Shown: positions 9,945-19,573, counted from the first letter of the stretch. The stretch is DNA of 64,000 nucleotides from Gemmatimonas sp. (GCA_031414535.1 JANNVQ010000007.1:1-64000), one strand, 5' to 3'. Program-made: numbers and translations. The notes: generated by a model not told the origin, from the letters alone.

Positions 9945-10946
9945 ATGGCTCGCATCGCGCTGGACGCGATGGGGGGCGATCATGCGCCCCAAGCCCCTAT
10001 CGCCGCCGCCATCCTGGCGGCCGTCGAACTGGGGTCAGACCATAGCCTGCAGCTCGTTGGGCAGGAACAGGTCATCCGCGATGAACTCGCCAAGCAGCTA
10101 GCCGTCGCCTCTCCCGAGGCGCAGGCGGCTGCGGCGCGTTTTGAGGTCATTGACGCGCCCGACGTTATCCTGATGTCCGACAAGCCTTCCGTGGCCATCC
10201 GCGGGAAGCCGAACTCTTCAATGGGCGTGGGGCTGAAGCTCCAGGCCGAAGGGAAGTCCGACGCCTTCGTCTCCGCCGGCAACACCGGCGCGCAGATGGC
10301 GGCCTCGGTGTTTGTTCTGCGCCTGCACGAGGGCCTCCAGCGGCCTGCCATCGGTACGGTCTTCCCGACGGCGGCCCAGCCCGTCGTCGTGCTCGATTCC
10401 GGCGCCAACGTTGACTGCTCCGCCCAGGAACTCCTCAATTTTGCGCAACTTGGCCACGTATACGCCAAGGACATCCTCGGCCGCGCCAATCCGGTGATTG
10501 GTCTGCTGTCCGTTGGCGAAGAGCCCGAGAAGGGCAACGCCGCCGTAAAGGAAGCGCACCAGCTGCTGCTCAAGAGCGGCCTCAACTTCATCGGCAACAT
10601 CGAAGGTCGCGACATCGCCATGGGCGTTTGCGATCGCGGGCCGTTTGACGTGGTCGTTTGCGATGGATTCACCGGCAACGTGCTACTCAAGTTCTACGAA
10701 GCCGCGCCTAAGCTCTTCGGCGGACTTATGCTCAAGGCCGGCGTCTCCAAGGAGACGCTTGGTGCCGCGCTCGTCCATCTTGACTACGCCAAGTACGGCG
10801 GCGCTCCGCTCCTCGGTGTGAAGGGCGTGAGCATCATCTGCCACGGTAAGTCCTCCCCCGAGGCGCTCAAGAACGGCATCAAGGCCGGCCTGCGCGCCGT
10901 CGAGTCCGGGATGAGCAGCCACATCGCACAGCGAGTGCACGCGTGA
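9945..10946 (+). CDS. plsX: Phosphate acyltransferase PlsX
   Basis: IALDAMGGD, SAGNTGA, DSGAN, CDGFTGN and GGAPLLG...HGKS motifs. Confidence 0.96.
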   Translation: MARIALDAMGGDHAPQAPIAAAILAAVELGSDHSLQLVGQEQVIRDELAKQLAVASPEAQAAAARFEVIDAPDVILMSDKPSVAIRGKPNSSMGVGLKLQAEGKSDAFVSAGNTGAQMAASVFVLRLHEGLQRPAIGTVFPTAAQPVVVLDSGANVDCSAQELLNFAQLGHVYAKDILGRANPVIGLLSVGEEPEKGNAAVKEAHQLLLKSGLNFIGNIEGRDIAMGVCDRGPFDVVVCDGFTGNVLLKFYEAAPKLFGGLMLKAGVSKETLGAALVHLDYAKYGGAPLLGVKGVSIICHGKSSPEALKNGIKAGLRAVESGMSSHIAQRVHA

Positions 10947-11932
10947 AGCGCCCCTTTGCCATGCTTGGCCCCACGGCCCACGCCGTACCCAAGCGCATCA
11001 TGACCAACCACGAGTTCGCCGCGATCGGCATTGATACGAATGACGAGTGGATTCGCGAGCGCACAGGGATCGTGCAGCGTCACATTGCTGGCGAAGGCGA
11101 GACGCTGACGTTGCTCGCCGCGCAGGCCGCTCGCGAGGCCATGGCGATGGCCGGCGTCACGGCGGCTGAGCTCGATGCGATTGTGATGGGCACCGCATCG
11201 CCTGATCGTTTGCTACCGTCTGCGGCCGTGGAAGTGCAGGCCGCGCTCGGTGCCACCCGCGCCGTCGCGTTCGACGTGGGTGCCGCATGCTCAGGCTGGC
11301 TGTACTCCGCACAGGTGGCCGAGGGCCTCATTGCCACGGGCAGCTATGAGACCATTCTCGTGATTGGCGGCGAGCAACTCAGCCGCATCATTAACTGGAA
11401 GGATCGTAACACCTGTGTGCTCTTCGGAGACGGTGCGGGCGCAACGATCGTGAAGAAGGCCAGCAAGGGGCGTGGCATCCTCTCCGCCTACATGCGTTCG
11501 GACGGCACACTGGCCGACTTGCTGCAGCGCGAGAAGGGTGCCGGAAACGCGCCCATTACGCAGGCGATTATTGATGAAGGCTCGCACTACATCACGATGG
11601 CCGGCCGCGAGGTCTTCAAGAACGCTGTGCGCTCCATGGCCGATGCCTCGGACCGTGCGCTCGACGGGGCAAAGCTCTCCGCCGCCGATATTGATGTGAT
11701 GATTCCGCACCAGGCCAACATTCGGATCATTGAAGCCACCGCCAAACACGCCAACATCCCGATGGAGAAGGTGTTCGTGAATGTGGACCGCTTCGGGAAC
11801 ACCTCGGCGGCGTCCATTCCGATTGCGCTCAGCGAGGCGATGAAGCAGGGCGTGGTTAAAGAAGGCAAGACCGTGATGTTCGTGGCCTTCGGTGCGGGCT
11901 TCACTTGGGGCTCGATGGTGGTGCGCTTCTGA
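10943..11932 (+). CDS. fabH: Beta-ketoacyl-ACP synthase III
   Basis: WIRERTGI, AACSG (Cys), PHQAN (His), GNTSAAS (Asn), FGAGFTWG. Confidence 0.96.
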   Translation: MKRPFAMLGPTAHAVPKRIMTNHEFAAIGIDTNDEWIRERTGIVQRHIAGEGETLTLLAAQAAREAMAMAGVTAAELDAIVMGTASPDRLLPSAAVEVQAALGATRAVAFDVGAACSGWLYSAQVAEGLIATGSYETILVIGGEQLSRIINWKDRNTCVLFGDGAGATIVKKASKGRGILSAYMRSDGTLADLLQREKGAGNAPITQAIIDEGSHYITMAGREVFKNAVRSMADASDRALDGAKLSAADIDVMIPHQANIRIIEATAKHANIPMEKVFVNVDRFGNTSAASIPIALSEAMKQGVVKEGKTVMFVAFGAGFTWGSMVVRF

Positions 11933-12855
11933 TGATCCTGCTCTTCCCGGGCCAGGGCTCACAGAAGCCGGGAATGGCTAAAGATCTCGCAGCGGCCTTC
12001 CCGGCGGCAGCGGATGTGTTCGCGCGGGTTGATGCCACCCTCGGCGCCCCGTTGAGCGAACTCTGCTTCGAAGGCCCGGCCGATGCGCTCACGCTGACGC
12101 ACAACGCGCAGCCCGCCTTGTTGGCGCACGGAGCCGCCGTCTGGGCCGTGGTCGGCAACACGATCGCCGCCAAGGTGCAGGGAGCCGCGGGCCATTCGCT
12201 CGGTGAGTTTTCCGCGTACCACGCAGCCGGAGCGATTGGCCTTGAGGACGCGATCAACCTCGTTCGTCGTCGCGGCACGCTGATGTACGAAAGCGGCGTG
12301 CAGACGCCCGGCGCGATGGCCGCAATTCTCGGTGAGATGTCTCGCACGATTGAAGAGGTTTGCAACGAAGCCTCGGTCGTGGGCGTCGTGGTACCGGCCA
12401 ACTACAACTCCACTGAGCAGATTGTCATCTCGGGTGAAGTGGCGGCCGTGGAGAAGGCGATGGAACTCGCCAAGGCCGCCGGGGCCAAGCGCGCCCTGCG
12501 ACTGCCGGTGAGCGGGGCCTTCCATTCGCCGCTCATGGCACCCGCCGCGGCCGGTCTCAAGACGGCCCTCGATGCGGCCCGCTGGCGCAATCCGAGCGTG
12601 CCCGTGTGGAGCAACGTCACCGCCGAAGCTGTGGGTGATGCCGGGTTGGCCAAGGACCTGCTTCTCCAGCAACTCACCAGCGCCGTGCGCTGGGTGGAAG
12701 TCGTCCGCAACCTGGCGGCCCGGTTTCCGGGCACAACCTTCGTGGAAATGGGCCCCGGCGGCGTCCTCAGTGGCCTCGTGAGGCGATTGGCGCCCGGCTG
12801 CACGACCATGACCTGTGGCACCGTCGCAGAAGTCGAAGCCCTGCTCGCTCTCTAG
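11932..12855 (+). CDS. fabD: Malonyl-CoA:ACP transacylase
   Basis: FPGQGSQ, GHSLGE and VSGAFHSPLM motifs. Confidence 0.96.
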   Translation: MILLFPGQGSQKPGMAKDLAAAFPAAADVFARVDATLGAPLSELCFEGPADALTLTHNAQPALLAHGAAVWAVVGNTIAAKVQGAAGHSLGEFSAYHAAGAIGLEDAINLVRRRGTLMYESGVQTPGAMAAILGEMSRTIEEVCNEASVVGVVVPANYNSTEQIVISGEVAAVEKAMELAKAAGAKRALRLPVSGAFHSPLMAPAAAGLKTALDAARWRNPSVPVWSNVTAEAVGDAGLAKDLLLQQLTSAVRWVEVVRNLAARFPGTTFVEMGPGGVLSGLVRRLAPGCTTMTCGTVAEVEALLAL

Positions 12856-12863
12856 CAGTTCGC

Positions 12864-12884
12864 CTCCGTCATCCGTCATCCGTC
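12864..12884 (+). repeat. Heptamer repeat, copy 2 (half element)
   Basis: CTCCGTC ATCCGTC ATCCGTC ending 3 nt before the fabG ATG. Confidence 0.85.
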
Positions 12885-12887
12885 CCT

Positions 12888-13625
12888 ATGCGCATCGCTC
12901 TGAGCGGTAAGGTCGCACTCGTCACCGGCTCCACCCGCGGCATCGGTCGTGCGATCGCTGCGACACTCGCCAGCTGCGGGGCCACCGTCGCCATCGTCGG
13001 CCGCGATCAAGCCAAGGCCGACGCCGTGGCCGCCGAGATTGGGGGCGGTGCGAAGGGCTTCGCCTGCGACATCTCGGACACCGCACAGATCACGGCGCTG
13101 GTGGAGAGCGTCGAAAAGTCGTTGGGTAGCTGCGACATTCTGGTGAACAACGCCGGCATCACGAAGGACAACTTGATGCTGCGCATGAAGGACGAGGACT
13201 GGAACGCGGTGCTGGAGACGAACCTGCGCTCGGCATTCGTGGCCATCCGTGCCGCCCAGCGCGGCATGATGAAGAAGCGCTGGGGTCGCATCATCAACAT
13301 TGCCAGCGTGGTGGGATTAATCGGCAACGCGGGGCAGGCCAATTACGCCGCCTCAAAGGCGGGCCTCATCGGTTTGAGCAAGTCGGTGGCGAAGGAATTG
13401 GCCAGCCGGAACGTGCTCTGCAACGTGGTCGCGCCGGGCTTCATCAAGACCGACATGACGGATGCCATGACCCCCGAGGCGGTATCCAAGCTCTCGGCCC
13501 AGATTCCACTGGACCGCTTTGGCTCGCCGGACGACATCGCCAGCGCCGTCGCCTTCCTTGCCTCTGACCACGCCGCCTACATCACGGGTCAAGTTCTGAC
13601 CGTTGATGGTGGCATGGTAATGTGA
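12888..13625 (+). CDS. fabG: 3-oxoacyl-ACP reductase
   Basis: TGSTRGIG, NNAGIT, NYAASK and VAPGFI motifs; fab operon context. Confidence 0.96.
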   Translation: MRIALSGKVALVTGSTRGIGRAIAATLASCGATVAIVGRDQAKADAVAAEIGGGAKGFACDISDTAQITALVESVEKSLGSCDILVNNAGITKDNLMLRMKDEDWNAVLETNLRSAFVAIRAAQRGMMKKRWGRIINIASVVGLIGNAGQANYAASKAGLIGLSKSVAKELASRNVLCNVVAPGFIKTDMTDAMTPEAVSKLSAQIPLDRFGSPDDIASAVAFLASDHAAYITGQVLTVDGGMVM

Positions 13626-13694
13626 TTCCCGGGGAACCTCGGGTTATATTTTCTGCTTGTTCTAGTAGTTCCACCCCTACGGAGTTTTGCCCCC

Positions 13695-13931
13695 ATGGCC
13701 GACCATACCGCGAAGGTCAAGGACATCATCGAGAAGGAGCTCGGAGTCGAGCGCGAGAAGCTTACGGATGGCGCGAGCTTCATCGAAGACCTCGGCGCTG
13801 ACTCGCTCGATATCGTCGAGTTGGTGATGGAGTTCGAGAAGGAGTTCAACATCGACATCCCCGACGAGGAAGCCGAAAAGCTTCGCACGGTGGGCGACGC
13901 CGTCACGTACCTGAACGGGAAGCTCGGGTAA
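13695..13931 (+). CDS. acpP: Acyl carrier protein
   Basis: [14 protein letters not shown] phosphopantetheine motif; acidic, 78 aa. Confidence 0.98.
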   Translation: MADHTAKVKDIIEKELGVEREKLTDGASFIEDLGADSLDIVELVMEFEKEFNIDIPDEEAEKLRTVGDAVTYLNGKLG

Positions 13932-13934
13932 GCG

Positions 13935-15185
13935 ATGGCCTCGTTGAAGCGCCGGGTCGTCATCACGGGGGCCGGAGTCGTGACCTCCGTGGGCAACGAC
14001 CTCAAGACCACGTGGGAGTCGTTGCTGGCCGGCAAGTCCGGTGGCGCGAACATCACGCGGTTCGACACCACGAACTTCAAAGTGAAGTTCGCGTGTGAGA
14101 CGAAGGGGTTTGACCCGGCGCAGTATATGGACCGCAAGGAAGTGAAGCGGTCCGACCTCTACACGCAGTTCGCAATGGCCGCTTCGGTGCAGGCGATGGC
14201 CGACGCGGGCCTCGCCGAGGGCGGCTTCGATCCGCTGCGCATGGGCGTGGTGATTGGTTCAGGCATTGGCGGCATTGCCACCTTCGAGGACCAGTTGGAT
14301 GTGTACCGCACGCACGGTCCGGGCCGCATCTCGCCGTTCTTCATCCCGATGTTCATCGGCGATATCGCGGCCGGTGTGGTGTCCATGCGCTTCGGCGCGA
14401 AGGGCCCGAACTACGCCGTGCAGTCGGCCTGCGCCACGAGCGCACACGCCATCGGCGATGCCTTCCGCATGATTGCCTATGGCGACGCCGACGCCATGAT
14501 TGCCGGTGGCTCCGAGGCGGCCGTGACGCCGATGTCTATTGGCGGCTTCGGCAACATGCAGGCACACTCTACCCGCAACGACTCGCCGGAGACGGCCTCG
14601 CGGCCGTTTGACGCCACGCGCGATGGCTTCGTGCTCGGTGAAGGCGCTGGCATCGTGATTCTTGAGGAGCTGGAGCACGCACGCAAGCGTGGCGCTCGCA
14701 TCCTCGCCGAGATTGTCGGTTATGGCGCCACGGGTGACGCGTATCACCTCACAGGCCAGCCGGAAGACCACGAGGGCCTGCAGCGCGCCATGCGCCGGGC
14801 GCTGGAGGACGGCGGATTGCATCCCGAGGAAGTGCAGTACGTGAACGCGCACGGCACTTCGACGCCGCTCAACGATCCTAACGAGATTCGCGCCATCAAA
14901 AAGGTCTTTGGTGCGCATGCCACGGCGCTCAACGTCTCGTCCACCAAGTCCTCCACTGGGCACATGCTCGGCGCGGCGGGCTCGGTCGAGGCGGTCTTCA
15001 CGGCGCTGACGATTGTCAACGGCATTATCCCGCCGACCATCAACTTCCAGACGCCTGATCCTGAGTGCGACCTAGACATCACGCCCAATGTGCCGGTGAA
15101 GCGCGAGGTGTTCGCCGCGCTCTCCAACAGTTCCGGCTTCGGTGGGCATAACGTCAGTATCGCGCTCAAGCGATACACGGACTGA
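13935..15185 (+). CDS. fabF: Beta-ketoacyl-ACP synthase II
   Basis: RRVVITG, SACATS, NAHGTST, KSSTGHMLGAAG and GFGGHN motifs. Confidence 0.96.
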   Translation: MASLKRRVVITGAGVVTSVGNDLKTTWESLLAGKSGGANITRFDTTNFKVKFACETKGFDPAQYMDRKEVKRSDLYTQFAMAASVQAMADAGLAEGGFDPLRMGVVIGSGIGGIATFEDQLDVYRTHGPGRISPFFIPMFIGDIAAGVVSMRFGAKGPNYAVQSACATSAHAIGDAFRMIAYGDADAMIAGGSEAAVTPMSIGGFGNMQAHSTRNDSPETASRPFDATRDGFVLGEGAGIVILEELEHARKRGARILAEIVGYGATGDAYHLTGQPEDHEGLQRAMRRALEDGGLHPEEVQYVNAHGTSTPLNDPNEIRAIKKVFGAHATALNVSSTKSSTGHMLGAAGSVEAVFTALTIVNGIIPPTINFQTPDPECDLDITPNVPVKREVFAALSNSSGFGGHNVSIALKRYTD

Positions 15186-15192
15186 GCCACTT

Positions 15193-16413
15193 ATGCCCGG
15201 TGCGCTAGCGATTCCATTCGAGCGCATCACCGATCCGGTGGTGCGCCGGATTGCGGAGAAGGTCGAGCAGGGCGAGCGCCTCACGCGGGCGGATGGCGTG
15301 GCCATGTTCGAGTCACGCGATTTGACGGGCATCGGCGCACTCGCTGACGTGGTGAACCGCCGCAAGCATGGCGACCGCGTCACCTTTGCGTCCAACCAGC
15401 ACATCAATCCGACCAACATCTGCACGCTGCGCACCACCTGCGTGTTCTGCGGCTACGCGCGCCTGCCTAAGGAAGAAGGCGCGTATCGCTACACGCTCGC
15501 GCAAGTGATGGACGAGGCGCGTCAGGCTAAGGATTCGATGACCCGCGAGTTTCACATCGTCGGCGGTCTCGACATGCAAGCGGGGCTGGCGTACTACACA
15601 GAGATGTTCCGCGCCATCAAGGCCGAGCTGCCGCATGTACACATCAAGGCGCTCACGGCCGTGGAGATCGCGCATATCGCGCGGATTGAGAAGAAGACGT
15701 GGACCGAAGTGCTCACGGCGCTTCGCGAAGCCGGCCTCGACACCATGCCTGGCGGCGGTGCGGAGACGTTCTCTGCCGCCGTGCGTGAAGAGATCGCGAG
15801 CAAGAAGCTCGGTGCTGGCGATTATGTCGGCGTGCACCGCGCCGCGCACGCCCTCGGCATCCGCACCAACTGCACCATGCTCTACGGGCACGTGGAGACC
15901 TACGCGGACCGCATGGAGCATCTCCAGATGCTGCGCGATCTGCAGGATGAGACCGGCGGCTTCCTTGCCTACATCCCGCTCGCGTATCACCCCGACGACA
16001 ACGAACTCGGCAAGAAGCTGAATCGCACCGGGATTGCCACCAGCGGCACGGACGACCTCAAGAACCTCGCAATCGGGCGGCTCTTCCTCGACAACTTCGA
16101 GCACATTAAGAGCCATTGGATTATGGTGTCGCCGTTCCTCAGTCAGATCGCCTTGCACTACGGCGTGAATGACCTTGAGGGTACGGTGGTGCGCGAGAAG
16201 ATCTACCATGCGGTGGGCGCGAGCACGCCGCAGGGCATGACATTGGAGGCGTTGTTGAAGCTGATTCGCGGAGCGGGGAAGGTGCCTGTTGAGAGAGATT
16301 CGTTCTACCGCGAGGTCCGATCGTTTGAGGACGGACGGATGACGGATGACGGAAGCGCAACTGCCGACAACACCCGGCATGGGGCATCCGTCCACTCTGA
16401 GAGCGCGGCGTAA
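15193..16413 (+). CDS. mqnE: Aminofutalosine synthase (radical SAM, CofH/MqnE family)
   Basis: HIVGG, HIKALTAVEI, MPGGGAE, TMLYGHVE and LRDLQDETGGF motifs; adjacent to mqnA and mqnC; cluster motif is CX5CX2C. Confidence 0.88.
   Translation: MPGALAIPFERITDPVVRRIAEKVEQGERLTRADGVAMFESRDLTGIGALADVVNRRKHGDRVTFASNQHINPTNICTLRTTCVFCGYARLPKEEGAYRYTLAQVMDEARQAKDSMTREFHIVGGLDMQAGLAYYTEMFRAIKAELPHVHIKALTAVEIAHIARIEKKTWTEVLTALREAGLDTMPGGGAETFSAAVREEIASKKLGAGDYVGVHRAAHALGIRTNCTMLYGHVETYADRMEHLQMLRDLQDETGGFLAYIPLAYHPDDNELGKKLNRTGIATSGTDDLKNLAIGRLFLDNFEHIKSHWIMVSPFLSQIALHYGVNDLEGTVVREKIYHAVGASTPQGMTLEALLKLIRGAGKVPVERDSFYREVRSFEDGRMTDDGSATADNTRHGASVHSESAA
16330..16393. repeat. Heptamer repeat, copy 3, inside the mqnE 3' end
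   Basis: (GACGGAW)x3 at 16334-16354 and ATCCGTC at 16386-16392; translated in frame as DGRMTDDGS. Confidence 0.8.
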
Positions 16414-16415
16414 GT

Positions 16416-17276
16416 ATGAGAGTGGGCCGGATTCCGTATATCAATTGCTATCCGGTGTACGGTGGCGTCGACCGCGGTCTCGTGCCGCTAGACGCCACGC
16501 TTGTTGATGGGGTGCCCACCGCACTCAACAAGATGATGTCCGAGGGCACGCTCGATGTGAGCGTGGTATCAGCGGTGGAGTACGCGCGTGATTGGGAGCG
16601 CTACCTACTACTGCCCGAACTCGCCATCTCCTGCGATGGCCCGGTGCGCAGCGTGATGCTGTTTTCCACCAAGCCCGCCTCAGAGCTCACAGGCGAGCGC
16701 GTGCTGGTGAGCCGCTCGTCCATGACGTCCGTGCACCTGCTTGAACTCTTGTTTGAGCACGTGTGGAAGGCGAGTCCAGAGTTTGTGCCTGGCAATGCCG
16801 AGGCCGATGCCATTGCCACTCGTGCCGGCAACGAGGTCGCCGCGCGCCTCGTCATCGGCGATGCCGCGCTGATGTTGCAGAGCGCCGATCATCCAGTGGC
16901 GCAGGGACACGGGCAGGCCTACCCTTTCGTCTACGACCTCGGCGCCGAGTGGAAGCGCTGGACGGGTTTGCCCTTTGTGTTTGCCGTCTGGGTCGCCCAG
17001 CGCAGCACGCCGGTGCAGGCATCGCTCAAGGTGCACGCCGCGCTCATCCAGTCCCGCGATTGGGGCTTGAAGCACCTCGACGAGCTCTCAGCGCAGGCGA
17101 GCCGCTGCACCGGCGTGAGCCTCAGCGAGTGCCGCGAGTACTTCAACGGCCTCGACTGGCGCCTCACGATGCCGGACCTGGCCGGGCTCACCGAATTCCT
17201 CCGCCGCCTCGAGCTGGCTGGACGGGTTCCGAAGGGAAAGTTGGCGTTTTTGCCGGCTGCGAACTCAGGGCGTTAG
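16416..17276 (+). CDS. mqnA: Chorismate dehydratase (futalosine pathway)
   Basis: RVGRIPYINCYP, GPVRSV, SMTSV, LVIGDAAL and DLGAEWKRWTGLPFVFAVW motifs. Confidence 0.93.
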   Translation: MRVGRIPYINCYPVYGGVDRGLVPLDATLVDGVPTALNKMMSEGTLDVSVVSAVEYARDWERYLLLPELAISCDGPVRSVMLFSTKPASELTGERVLVSRSSMTSVHLLELLFEHVWKASPEFVPGNAEADAIATRAGNEVAARLVIGDAALMLQSADHPVAQGHGQAYPFVYDLGAEWKRWTGLPFVFAVWVAQRSTPVQASLKVHAALIQSRDWGLKHLDELSAQASRCTGVSLSECREYFNGLDWRLTMPDLAGLTEFLRRLELAGRVPKGKLAFLPAANSGR

Positions 17277-17297
17277 TCGGGGATTGGTGTAGATTGC

Positions 17298-17368
17298 GAC
17301 GGAAGACGGATGACGGATGCCGTCCTTCGTGCGCGATATGTTCCAGCATCCGTCTTCCGTCATCCGTC
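17298..17368. repeat. Heptamer-repeat hairpin, copy 4
   Basis: (GACGGAW)x3 at 17298-17318 and (WTCCGTC)x3 at 17348-17368, ending 2 nt before the mqnC ATG. Confidence 0.88.
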
Positions 17369-17370
17369 CT

Positions 17371-18417
17371 ATGTCTGAACTGACTGATCTCCTCGCTTAC
17401 TACGAAAACACGCCGCTCCTCGAGCTAGGCGCCGCTGCTAACGCGATGCGCATGAAGCTCCACCCGGAGCCCATCGTGACATACATCGTGGACCGCAACA
17501 TCAACTACACGAATGTCTGTGTAGCCGACTGCGGCTTCTGCGCGTTCTATCGCCGGCCCAAGGACAAAGAGGGCTGGACGCTCAGCTATGAGCAGATTGG
17601 CGCCAAGATTGACGAAGTGAAGGCGCTTGGCGGCGTGCAGATCCTCATCCAGGGCGGGCACAACCCGTACATCCCGTTTGAGTGGTATCTCGAACTGCTC
17701 AAGTACATCAAGCGCAACCATCCCATCCACGTGCACGGCTTCTCGCCATCTGAAGTGGATTTCTGGGCGACGCTGTACCGCATGGATGCGCGCACGGTAA
17801 TTCAGGAGTTGGTGAAGGCCGGGCTCGATTCCATCCCCGGTGGTGGCGGTGAGATCCTCGTGCAGCGCGTGCGCGACCAGGTGGCCAAGAAGAAGGCCGG
17901 CGCAGACCGCTGGCTCGAAGTGATGGAGATTGCGCACAACGAGGGCCTGAAGACCTCCTGCACGATGATGTACGGTATCGGCGAGACGAAGGCCGAGCGT
18001 GTGGAGCATCTGCTGCGGCTGAAGGAAGTGCAGAAGCGCACCAACGGCTTCACTGCCTTCATCTGCTGGCCGCTGCAGCCCGAGAACACTCCGGAAATGA
18101 GCCATATGCCGAAGACCGATGCGGTGGAGTATCTCCGCACCACGGCCTTCGCGCGCACCGTGCTCGACAACATCCCCAACATCCAGGCCAGCTGGGTGAC
18201 AATGGGGATGAAGGTCGGTCAGACGGCGCTACATTACGGCTGCAACGACTTCGGCTCGCTGATGCTGGAGGAAAACGTGGTTTCGGCGGCCAACACCACG
18301 CATCGCACCAGCATTGACGAAATGGAACTGCTGATTCGCGAGGCGGGCTTCACGCCCCGTAAGCGCAAGCAAGACTACACGCTGCTGGACGCACCGCAGG
18401 AGCTGGTGAGCGCGTGA
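17371..18417 (+). CDS. mqnC: Cyclic dehypoxanthine futalosine synthase (radical SAM)
   Basis: TYIVDRNINYTNVCVADCGFCAFYR, SIPGGGGEIL, NIQASWVT and GCNDFGSLMLEENVV motifs. Confidence 0.93.
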   Translation: MSELTDLLAYYENTPLLELGAAANAMRMKLHPEPIVTYIVDRNINYTNVCVADCGFCAFYRRPKDKEGWTLSYEQIGAKIDEVKALGGVQILIQGGHNPYIPFEWYLELLKYIKRNHPIHVHGFSPSEVDFWATLYRMDARTVIQELVKAGLDSIPGGGGEILVQRVRDQVAKKKAGADRWLEVMEIAHNEGLKTSCTMMYGIGETKAERVEHLLRLKEVQKRTNGFTAFICWPLQPENTPEMSHMPKTDAVEYLRTTAFARTVLDNIPNIQASWVTMGMKVGQTALHYGCNDFGSLMLEENVVSAANTTHRTSIDEMELLIREAGFTPRKRKQDYTLLDAPQELVSA

Positions 18418-18911
18418 GTGCCAACCTCTCGCCCGTTCGCGTCGGGATTGGCTACGACTCGCATCGCTTCGTGGAGGGTCACGGGGTGATCCTCGGGGGC
18501 GTATTGATTCCGGCCACGGTGCGTTGTACCGGCCACTCCGATGCGGACGCCGTTTGCCACGCTCTTACCGATGCCATTCTCGGCGGTGCCGGACTTGGCG
18601 ACATCGGCGAGATGTTTCCCGACACGCAGGCCGTGAACGCCGGACGTGATTCCATCGAGATGCTGAAGCTGGCCGTGGCGCGCGTCGCGGCTGCGGGTTG
18701 GCGCTGCGCGCAGGCTGACATCACGGTGATTGCTGAATTCCCAAAGATTGGACCGCATCGCACTGCGATTCGTCAGAAGCTTTCCGCTGCCGTCGGCCTC
18801 CCCCCCGAGGACGTGATGGTGAAGGGCAAGACCAACGAGAGCATGGGCTGGATTGGCCGGGGGGAGGGGATCGCTACGATTGCGGTCGCCACGTTGGTGC
18901 GTGCTGGTTAA
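18414..18911 (+). CDS. ispF: 2-C-methyl-D-erythritol 2,4-cyclodiphosphate synthase
   Basis: RVGIGYDSHRF, GHSDAD, GDIGEMFPD and KGKTNESMG motifs. Confidence 0.95.
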   Translation: MSANLSPVRVGIGYDSHRFVEGHGVILGGVLIPATVRCTGHSDADAVCHALTDAILGGAGLGDIGEMFPDTQAVNAGRDSIEMLKLAVARVAAAGWRCAQADITVIAEFPKIGPHRTAIRQKLSAAVGLPPEDVMVKGKTNESMGWIGRGEGIATIAVATLVRAG

Positions 18912-19563
18912 CTACGCCGCTCTCCAATCCGTCCTCGACAGGCTAGAAGGACTCAGCGCGGGTTCCATGTACGTGCTGATGGGCGTCTTGGCTTTCGTCG
19001 AGGGCGCGCTACCCCCGATTCCTGGTGACGTTGCCGCCGCCTTTCTGGCTTTCATCTCCGCCCGTACGGGCGGCCTCTGGCTACCCACGACGCTGATCAT
19101 TACCACCGGGAGCGTGGGTGGTTCGTCCCTCATCTGGTGGGTGGGACGACGCTTTGGCGCTGAGTGGATTACCCATCGACTCGGCCGCATTGGCCTCGCC
19201 AAGAGCGAGTTGAAGGCTGAGCGCGCTGAGCATCGCATCGAGAACGCGTACCGGGAATACGGGTGGGTGGCGCTGTTCTTGAGCCGCTTCATTCCTGGAT
19301 TGCGCGCGATGGTGCCACTGGCCGCCGGCGCGATGCGCATCCCGCTGTGGGAGACGCTCGGGATCATGTGGATCTCGTCGTTTATGTGGTACAGCGTGCT
19401 GGTCTGGATCGCGATGAAGGTCGGCACGGACTGGGACAGCGTGAAGTCCACCATGACGAAGTTTGCTCAGGGTGCGGGCCTCGGCGCCTTGGGCCTCTCC
19501 ATTGTGCTCGGCGGCATCGGCTGGTTCTTGTGGCGCCGCCGCCGGATGCGCGCAAGCAAGTAG
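18901..19563 (+). CDS. DedA family membrane protein (start uncertain)
   Basis: FVEGALPPIPGD, GSVGG...GRRFG and LFLSRFIPGLR motifs. Confidence 0.85.
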   Translation: MLVNYAALQSVLDRLEGLSAGSMYVLMGVLAFVEGALPPIPGDVAAAFLAFISARTGGLWLPTTLIITTGSVGGSSLIWWVGRRFGAEWITHRLGRIGLAKSELKAERAEHRIENAYREYGWVALFLSRFIPGLRAMVPLAAGAMRIPLWETLGIMWISSFMWYSVLVWIAMKVGTDWDSVKSTMTKFAQGAGLGALGLSIVLGGIGWFLWRRRRMRASK

Positions 19564-19573
19564 ATTTTTGCAG

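Noticed and set aside
9124..17368. Heptamer arrays as CRISPR repeats
   Set aside because: Units are 7 nt and contiguous with no repeat-spacer periodicity, and there are no cas genes.
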